A stretch of DNA of 64,000 bases from assembly GCA_043814965.1 (NCBI GenBank), contig JBDRJN010000002.1, positions 39,984-103,983 of the forward strand. Reading direction: 5' to 3'. Below the pieces are notes generated by a model. That model made no database searches and had not been told where the DNA came from. It worked only from the letters and a program-made list of their open reading frames with translations. The stretch comes from Candidatus Omnitrophota bacterium (GTDB taxonomy: Bacteria; Omnitrophota; Gorgyraeia; Gorgyraeales; Gorgyraeaceae). Below are positions 18,547-27,500 of this stretch, piece after piece; position 1 is the first letter of the stretch, and each line of letters opens with the position of its first letter. The translations under genes were made by a program, and so were the position numbers.

Positions 18547-21500
18547 ATGACACACTTTAAAAAACATTTAATTAAAAACCCCATCTCCAAGAAAGTCAAA
18601 GTTTATGGCTTTAAGCTTATGACTTTACTTATAGCATCTATATTTTTCTTAAATAATATAGCTTATGGGATGGATCTGTCTGGTACAGCCCACCTAAGAG
18701 GTAACTCTCCATTTGATAAGATAAATGAAAAAGAAGATAAAGACAGGGTCAATGAACTACTTAAAGCAGTCCAGGATGCATCTGAAAAGAAAAAAGAAAA
18801 CAAGGAAGACTCGAGAGGGCCATCTATTTCCTCGACAGGCGTAGGCGATGAACACCAGGCAAATAGAAATATCCTGGAGGGCATACTCAGCACTGCTTTA
18901 AGACAGGGAAAGATCGATCCTAAAGAAAAAGAAAGAAGATTAAAAGAGTTTGATGACTTTGGGAAAGCCTTATCAGATGATATCGACCTAGAAGTAGACA
19001 ATAAAAACGTATTTTTAATAAATGGGCAAAAGCTTATTGTTGTGGATGGAGTAGATGTTTTATCAACTACAGAAGAAGGGGAACAGTATGCTTCAGCAGG
19101 CCTTAGGAGAGGGGCAGTATATATTACGAGGAATAAGTTTAATGAATGGGTGCTTGCAGGTACGCTTATGCAGAAGATACGACACGAGCAGGATGAAGTC
19201 AGTCATTTATTAAAACAAGCTGAAAATATGGGCCTATCGAGCGAGGAATTGAGCGAATATCTGAAAGACCCTCGCAATAAAGCTTCTGCCAAAAACATGA
19301 TCCAGGATGCGCATAAATTTGCTGAAGAGAATGAAAGATTAAGCGCATTGCTTAGCGAGGCCTCAGAAGATGAGGCCAGGCAGTCCTTTAAAGATAAGTT
19401 TCTTGATATGTTTAGAGGAAGATCCAAGCTATTGCAGGCACAAAGAGAGAATGCTTTAGTCAGAGAGAATGGAAGGGAAGTAAAGGTGTTTAGAGATAAT
19501 AGCCTTACACAAGAGTTTGCAGATTTTACAAAATCTCTAAAACTTCAAAAAGTCAGAGTTGTAGAAGAAAGCAATAATGGAAAAAATAAGATATATGCTG
19601 TAGATGATGTTAACGATAATAGATTTTTAGTATTTGAAGAAGAAGGCCATGTTTACATGATAGCAGTAAAAGCTGCTACTTTGTCTACGGGAGAGTTTTT
19701 TATAGAGACAAAAGATGAGCAAGTGTTACAAGGTTTTAAGAAAGCATGGGATGGGTTTGGAAGCAGAAAGACTGGAAGATTCGACGAGCATAAATTTTTA
19801 TATGCGTCAGCATTTTCAAAGAGCGGGATAGAAGTTTTGTTGAATAAGGTAGCAGGCAACCCTATTTTACGCAATTTATTTGCTCTGATAATAGAAAGAT
19901 CTGATGAGCTGCGCTTAGCGGGCGGGTTCTTTCTGAGTGATAGACAAGACGCAGGCGGATTTTACATGCCATATTTGAAATTGATCTTGTGGAGAGCTAA
20001 GCATAGCATTCCTAGCGCAGGGCTTATAGGGCATGAAGCAATGCATCATCTATTTAGTGAAGATGGAGAAATCTATAAAAAATTCCATAAGTATATAGAA
20101 GAGAACCATGAAAAGCTTCTAAAAGAGCTAAGGCATAGCCCATTATATTCTTATTTATCCGAAAAGAACCTTATCGATGAAGTGATCGCGTATTTAATGG
20201 ATGGCATAGCAGATGGCCGCGTAGAAATATTTCAATTTGGTAGATTGAAATACGGAGATCTGAAGATGTTTAAACAAATAATCCCGTCACTTGAAGAATA
20301 TTTTCCAGAAGAACTTCTCTTGCGCTTTTCCGATGAAGATATTATACGCGGGAGATTTTTTGATCTGCTTAAAGAATTATATAAGATAAGATCTGAGAAC
20401 AAGGGAATGGATTTAAAAGACGCTCTTAGTGAATGCGCCAAGAGGGAATATGGAAAAGAAGCGCCATCTCATGAGACATTATTGATAGTGGCAGATTTTT
20501 TCAAAGAAGCAGGTGATCTTAAAAGAGCAGAAAATATATACAAAAGATTATTAGATAGTTCTGAAGTTGATATGGCAACAAAAGCGATCATACGATTAGG
20601 TTTGATAGACCTGTATGTAAAAGAAGGAGATGTGCCAGAAGCAGGTAAATTGTTTGAGGTTTCAAAGGAAGAACTTACAGATGCAGGGTTTACAGAAGAT
20701 CTAATTGATAAAGCTTTTTCAATGGTCATATATCCGTCCGAGGTTTTGGCTATTTTGCTTTCAGTGACAGATGCGGAAACCATAAGAGACATATTTTCTC
20801 ATACTATAAAGGCAATAGAGAGTAAGATCGTAAAGGTAAAAGAAAAACTACAGCCCACCACAGTTCAATTTGAAATTGGAGGCCGTACAATAGAATGGGA
20901 TAGAGAATTTGTCAACCCTTACGATGTTAATATTACAGATGAAAAAACGATAAGGGACAGTGTGACATCTGGCCTAATAAAGAAAAGGAAAGATCATGAT
21001 GAATTATTGAGTTTATTAAATAAATCCGCGTTTTTATATTATTTATCAGGAGATAATGAGAAATATGAGTCTACTTTAAAAGAAGTAGAAAAGACTGAGC
21101 AAGAGATTTTAATGTTGGAAGAAAAGATCGAAAGAAGGTTAGAAGAAGACAGAGAGGCCTCCGTAAACGAAAGTTTAGAAAAGAAAAAATCTGAAAATGA
21201 ATTTTGGGATAATTTACCTAATACAGATTGGCTTAGAGATATGAAGATAGAGGATTTCCAGCTAATATATGGTGAACTTGGTAAAGTTGAGCCAGTAAAT
21301 AACCAGGTAGCCGATATAGTACCTATATTTGGCTATATAGAAGACCTATCATCTCAAGAAGATATCAAGGCCCCTGAAGCAAGTGCTTTATTGTTAGAAG
21401 TCGAACAGTTTGATTATAGCGCTGGTATTGAGCTAGTAGAGTATGACCCAGAACTTATAAAGAATATGACCTTATTACACAAAAGAAACCACTCGTCATT

Positions 21501-24500
21501 ATTTAGATGGGTATTATCAGCTATCAAAAATATTATCGGAGATAAGAGTTTAGGTGAAAAAGACAAAAAATATTATATGAAGTTTGTTTTTGATATCCTG
21601 AAGACTTATCTTAAAAATACGATCTTAAAAGATAGATTAAGCAGTGCGTTCAGGGAAAGATTAGAATCATTAGGCCTAAGCAGTGATGCAATAGGCTCTA
21701 TTATAGAACGCGGGGCTTTATCTATAGAAGATGGGCAGGTAAGAGGCAACATGGATATATTGAAGTTAATAGCAGAGATAGAAGGAGTCAAAGTAGGTGA
21801 TGTCTTAAGAAGGAGCTTGTTCCACGAAAGAGCGCACGATATCCTTGAGCTTTTATTAAAAGAAGATAAAAAAGATGTGCTTAAGGATGTAAAAGATGGC
21901 CTTGGCAGTGACTATTATCTGGTAAAAGCTATTATGGAAGAAGAGTTCGGCGAGTTTGAAAGTGAACAGGAATTTTTAGAGGAATTAGTCGTCAAGTACT
22001 ATACGTACAGATTTTCCGGCAGTGATACTTCTATTTTTGAAAAAAGCGAGATGCTAAAAGTAGCTAGCGTTATAGATTCTTTAATGCCGGATGGCCTAAA
22101 GGAGCTATTTACTATAAAAGGAGAAAACACACAACATGCGCAGTCCGAGAAGTTGAAAGAGCTTTCCAGGGAATCCAAAAGATTAGGCGGAAAACTCGAG
22201 ATAGAATTTGAAGAAGGTGAAGCTATAAAAGAACTTTCTGATGAGATAAAAAATGTTATAGCTAGTATAAATATGACTCAAAGCGCACAAGACCCTGAAG
22301 AAGCTGTATCAATTAATGAAACTGTGTTAGGGCTAGGAGCTAAGATGGTGACTTTGCGAGATATAGATTTAGAAGAGATAAATAGGCTTAGGAGATCAAA
22401 TATAGACAAGTTTGTTATTGAAAGAAAACCAGGCCTAGAGCCAATAATAAATAGCGATACAAGAGATCAGCAGAATTGGCCATATACATATTCTGACCTA
22501 AATATCGTTGATTCCAATTTTGGCATAGATATATTTGATATGATAGAGAAAAAATCAGATTCCGAACCAGATAAGACTTTTACTGTAGTGGATTGGGGGT
22601 GTGGCGCAGGCATAGCCTTGAATGATATAGCAAAGAAGTTAAAAGAAAAAGGCATAAACAATGTAAGATTAATTGGTTTTGCTGATCAATATCATTCTGC
22701 GTGGGAGAAGGCTGACGAGAGTATAACCTTTATTTTAGACGAAGCCAAAGCGCTGCCCAAATATCGTGACGTATTAAAAAGCCCATATTTAATTTATAGT
22801 TTTATGGGCCTAAGGCACTTAATAGGAAAGAATATTGATGATCACTCTGATTATAGCGACTATATAATGGAGTTAACCGATAATTTATCCAAAGACGGGA
22901 AAATAATCACTGAATATGATAGATCTAAATATGAAAGGGTATATGAACATATAAAATCAGATTTAGCCTCCAAAGGGATCGAGTTCGAACAAGTAATAAA
23001 TCCAGTAAGAGGCTCTGCTATGATCATATCCAAAGAAGATCCAAATAAACAGCCTGCCTCAAGTGGAAAAATAGAAGAGCCGATGATCAGGTTTATTCCA
23101 GGTATAGTGGATATGGTAGATCTGGGAATTTTATTCAAGAAATATAAAGGAAACCTTTTTTATAGAGTTTCTGACGAAGGAGATACTAAAAAGGCAGTCG
23201 TATTTTCTCACGATAAGAACAAGAATGAAATAGTACGCGGTGAATGGCAGCTTGTAAATAGATTTGACCTTAATATATGGGAGCCAGTGTATATTCCCAG
23301 CTCTACAGCTTCATACGGAGAAAAGAAAGCATATGAATTTATAACTAAATTCGATGAGCTTATATATAAGATAGAACCTTTGAATTTTTTATTCCCAGAT
23401 ATAAATCTTAGGGATATCAGAAACCAGTCGATTTATCTAAGAGATATCGCTAGGAACCACAAAACTGAGCAGCAATTATTAAAGGTACTATCCAAGGCAA
23501 AAGATGCGATAGAGGACAAGGTGATAAAGCTGGCATTGAAGGACAGCAGTAAGTTTGACATCTCAAGACAGAATAGGATCAAAGAACGCCTAAAATCCAC
23601 AAAGTCAGATTTTAAAGGATTATACAATATCTTGTCTGACATAGAAAAGAATCTCAATAAAAAAGGCACAAAGACTAATATAGTAGGAAAATTGACTTTG
23701 TTCGCAGCAGGTGTTTTGAGTTCATTAGGCACTATGGAGGCAAGTGATATCTCAGGTCAAGATTTATCCCAGGTAAAAGACCCAGCACCCATAGTGCAGT
23801 ACGTAGATAATGCGCCAAATGCTATAGATCTATTAGAACAAGATCCTAAAGATTTAGCGCTTCAGGATGAGAGGTTTATTATAGACGTAGGAGGTATTGA
23901 GTTTGACCTTACTGGTAAAGCAATGCGGGAGGTGTTGGATGACGGGACTACCGTAGCTACAGTCCTGGAGTATATAAATATTAAAGATGGGAATTTTGAT
24001 ATAGGGACCCATAAAGACGTATTTATCTTCCATCCAAATGACAAGATAATAATATCTCCTGCGAAACCCGGCATACCCAGCATTATAACTTTGAATACTT
24101 CATGGGAGGTCACGCCTCCTTCTTTCGTTGATCTCGGCACTCTATACATTAAGGGTTCTGAAGAATATAAGACTATACTTACTTTGGTAACATATGGCAT
24201 GGGTAGTCTCGATGAAAACGATATCCCTGCATTTAATAATGGACGTATGACAGAGTTTGACATGGCGCCATATGAGTTATCAGGAAGCTTAATATTATAT
24301 CCCGCGTATGGCTCTTATGGTACTGGCCGCAATTCATCTACGGGGGAACTCGTAGGATTTATATTTATAGATAATAAAACCAAAGAAATATTGATGATAG
24401 ATAGAGAGAACTATAGTTTTAATGAACTTAAAATGTTATATGAAGCGACATATAAAGGAGTGACGAATATTGATGAATTTGAGACTGCTACAAACAGTCT

Positions 24501-27500
24501 TATAAAAAGAGGAGGTAGTATTTATAATGAATTACGCAGCGCCCGTTCCTATATATTGGACGCGGTTACTAATGATAAGGAATTTAAATTAGAACTTTTA
24601 GATGGATCAGGCAATAAGACAGGAGAATTCGTAATTTTTAATAAAGGAACAAGGATAGATATGAATACGATGATGCCTAAAGACGGCTCAAAGGGCCTTC
24701 TGAATGGAGATAGTTCTAAACCCGTAAGATATATGAAAGGTGATATCATAACCGAAGAAGAATATCAAAAAGACATGTTTTATGATGATGAGAACCAGGG
24801 TATGCTAGATCTGCAAAATACCTCGTTTTCCTTGAAACAGCCTGATCTGGCAGGGCTAAAGACTACCCATGATACAAAATCACGAGTTCTGTTAGAAAGC
24901 ATATTTGACAGTAGGAAAGTAGACCTTGGTAGATATGCGGTAGATGAGCCTGTAACCGAAGGGACAGGCGTGAATCTATACTGGGTCAAAGACACTCAAT
25001 CTGAACTAGAATTCTTTGTTTTGTGTGTAGACAGTAGGGGAAGCATTATTTTAATAGCTGAAGGTATGGAAGGCTATGATGAACTACTTTCTCCTTACAT
25101 TTCAAATGATATCGAACGCCTTAAAAACAAGATGGTTGAGATAATAAGCCGCGGTATAGATAATCCATATGGCATAGGAGACGTCATCCTCTTTGATAAA
25201 AATAATATTTCAGTAAGGCTCAATAATGGACAGGTGATAGACTATAAGTTTAGGTCAGAAGAAATAGACAATCCTGATGGAACAATAAGCTTGGTATATA
25301 TAGGTGATAAGCCTGTAAATGTAGGCAATCAGACCTTCGAGAAAGGCGACAAGATAGTCTTGGAATGGAGCGATGATAAGTACGGAAAGAGTGACACAGG
25401 ATTTATCATTAAAGAGATCGTAAAAGGAGAATTATATAAAGATATCATTGATACCCAGGATAAAAAAAGCGAGGAAAGCAAGATAGGTGATAAAGAAGTC
25501 CATTCTCTCATAGCTGTACTAAGAGCAGGTGATTATAATAAGATAATCTGGGCCAAAAAAATGTTGCTGCAAATGGGAGATATAGCAGTAGATCAGCTTA
25601 TTGAAGCGTTGAGCGATAGTTCAATAAAATCCAACGTTCTTAGTTCAATTATAGATATATTGGGAAATGTCGGTGATCCAAAGGCAATACAGCCATTATT
25701 GATTTCTATTGAGAAACAGTCTAATTATTTTGGTGCCTATTTGGCTGCAAAAGCAGTATTCAAGATCGATGAAGAAAAACTTTCTACAATATTCCAGGCC
25801 TTGGCAAATAGGGCTAAGGTTAAAGGCAATAGCTGGAGAAGCTATCTACTATTTGCAAATAGTCTAAATATGGGATTATCCGACCATCAAAAAGAACGTT
25901 ATAGTGTTTTCTATAATGGATTACAAGCTGGAATACAGGAAGGAGTTCTATGTATTCATGAAGCAGGTATGGACAATAATCAGATCGAGGATGTAGGAAT
26001 TCGTAGGGTATTTTCGAACATAGATGAAGTAAAGGAATGGATTAATAGAGATTATGAATTGGGTTTTCAATATTATCCTCCTTTTGACGAAATGTCAAAT
26101 ATGTTATCGCCAGATTTTATATTACAGATCAGTAATGGAAAAATTTCCATGGTTTATCATACAGATGTAAAACTTAGACAGATAGTTGGTGAAAAAGAAG
26201 TAGAAGAAGAGCTACGAAATATTGGCTTTATTGGTGGTTCTGGAATTATAGCAGTAGAGAAGGGAGGCGATATCGGGAATAATAGCCTATATCTAAGAGT
26301 TTTTAATAGTGTACATTCACATAGCCATCCTAAAAAATATGAATCGCATATCGTAGTTCCATCCGAGACAGATCTGAATTGTTATAAAGGTGAAATTGAT
26401 AAACGTAACGAGTTAGAGTTAGAAGATCAAAAAAAGGATCCTTCAAAGGCTGATACTTTGGCTGAATCAACTTATGTCTATACTAAAATATTGGGATTTG
26501 GGTACAAAGATAATGAAGCTGAGCGTATTACAAAAATGATCTCAGATTTTTATATGGAAAACAATATAAGTGTTTTAGAAAACTTACCAGAGTTGGAACA
26601 GATCAAAGGGCTCAAGGATATATTATCAGGTAATCTTGAGATAGAATTCGGACTTCCAACGAATTTAGAAGAAGTATTTACTGGAAGAAAGGCAAATTGT
26701 TATGGCAGCAGCCAACTGTTTAAGATATTAGGGGAAATGATAGGTTTGGATATAACTCCGTTAGAGATAATAGTGTCCAATGATAAACAACTGCATCTTT
26801 CTAGCCATGGAGCCTTATTAGTTAATTTAAGTAATGGCACTTCAGTAATTGTGGATATGGCTTTGCCTAGTATGGGTGAAAATGGCATTAGTGATGCTTT
26901 TTCTATAAATATGCAATACAAGAAAGAAGGGAACTATCTTATATTGAATGATAATGTCAACCCTTTAAATCTATACTATAAATTTAGAATAGGAGATATC
27001 GGGTTGATTAATTCATGGGTTATCTTATCGAATGTGCATTATCCCGATTCTTATACTATTCCGGATGTAGATAGTAATAATGTTAAGATAATAGAGAAAG
27101 CTATAGAGAAAGATCCTCTGTACATACGCTCATATTTTGGTCTAGCAAACGCGTATTGCACAAATATATTATACGCCAATGTTTATTCTGAAGATGATAT
27201 TATCAAATGGGTAAAAGATAATCCTGAAAATATAGAAAAGGCGTTGAAATTGATGGATAAGGCCTTAGGATTGGACCCTAAAAATGAACAGGGCCTATTG
27301 TACAAAAATAGACTAGAAGAATTGTTGGAAAAAGCAGAAAGCAGAGGAAGTCTTGAAGTTATTCCAAATTCCGACTCCGGCTCATTGATGCCTGAGTCAA
27401 GCATGCAGCCTCACAGATTAGAACTTTTAGATGGGACTGGCAATAAGACAGGAGAATTCGTTATTTTTAATAAGGGGACAAGGGTAAAACCTAGCACGAT

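Noticed and set aside
18372-18599. 75-aa minus-strand ORF
   Set aside because: It overlaps the TTGAAA-N16-TATAAT promoter and the start of the giant gene.
26290-26400. JAB/MPN-like metal motif HSHSHP..SETD in the giant protein
   Set aside because: The spacing between HxH and S-x2-D is 4 residues longer than canonical and no upstream Glu was identified. It is too weak to call.
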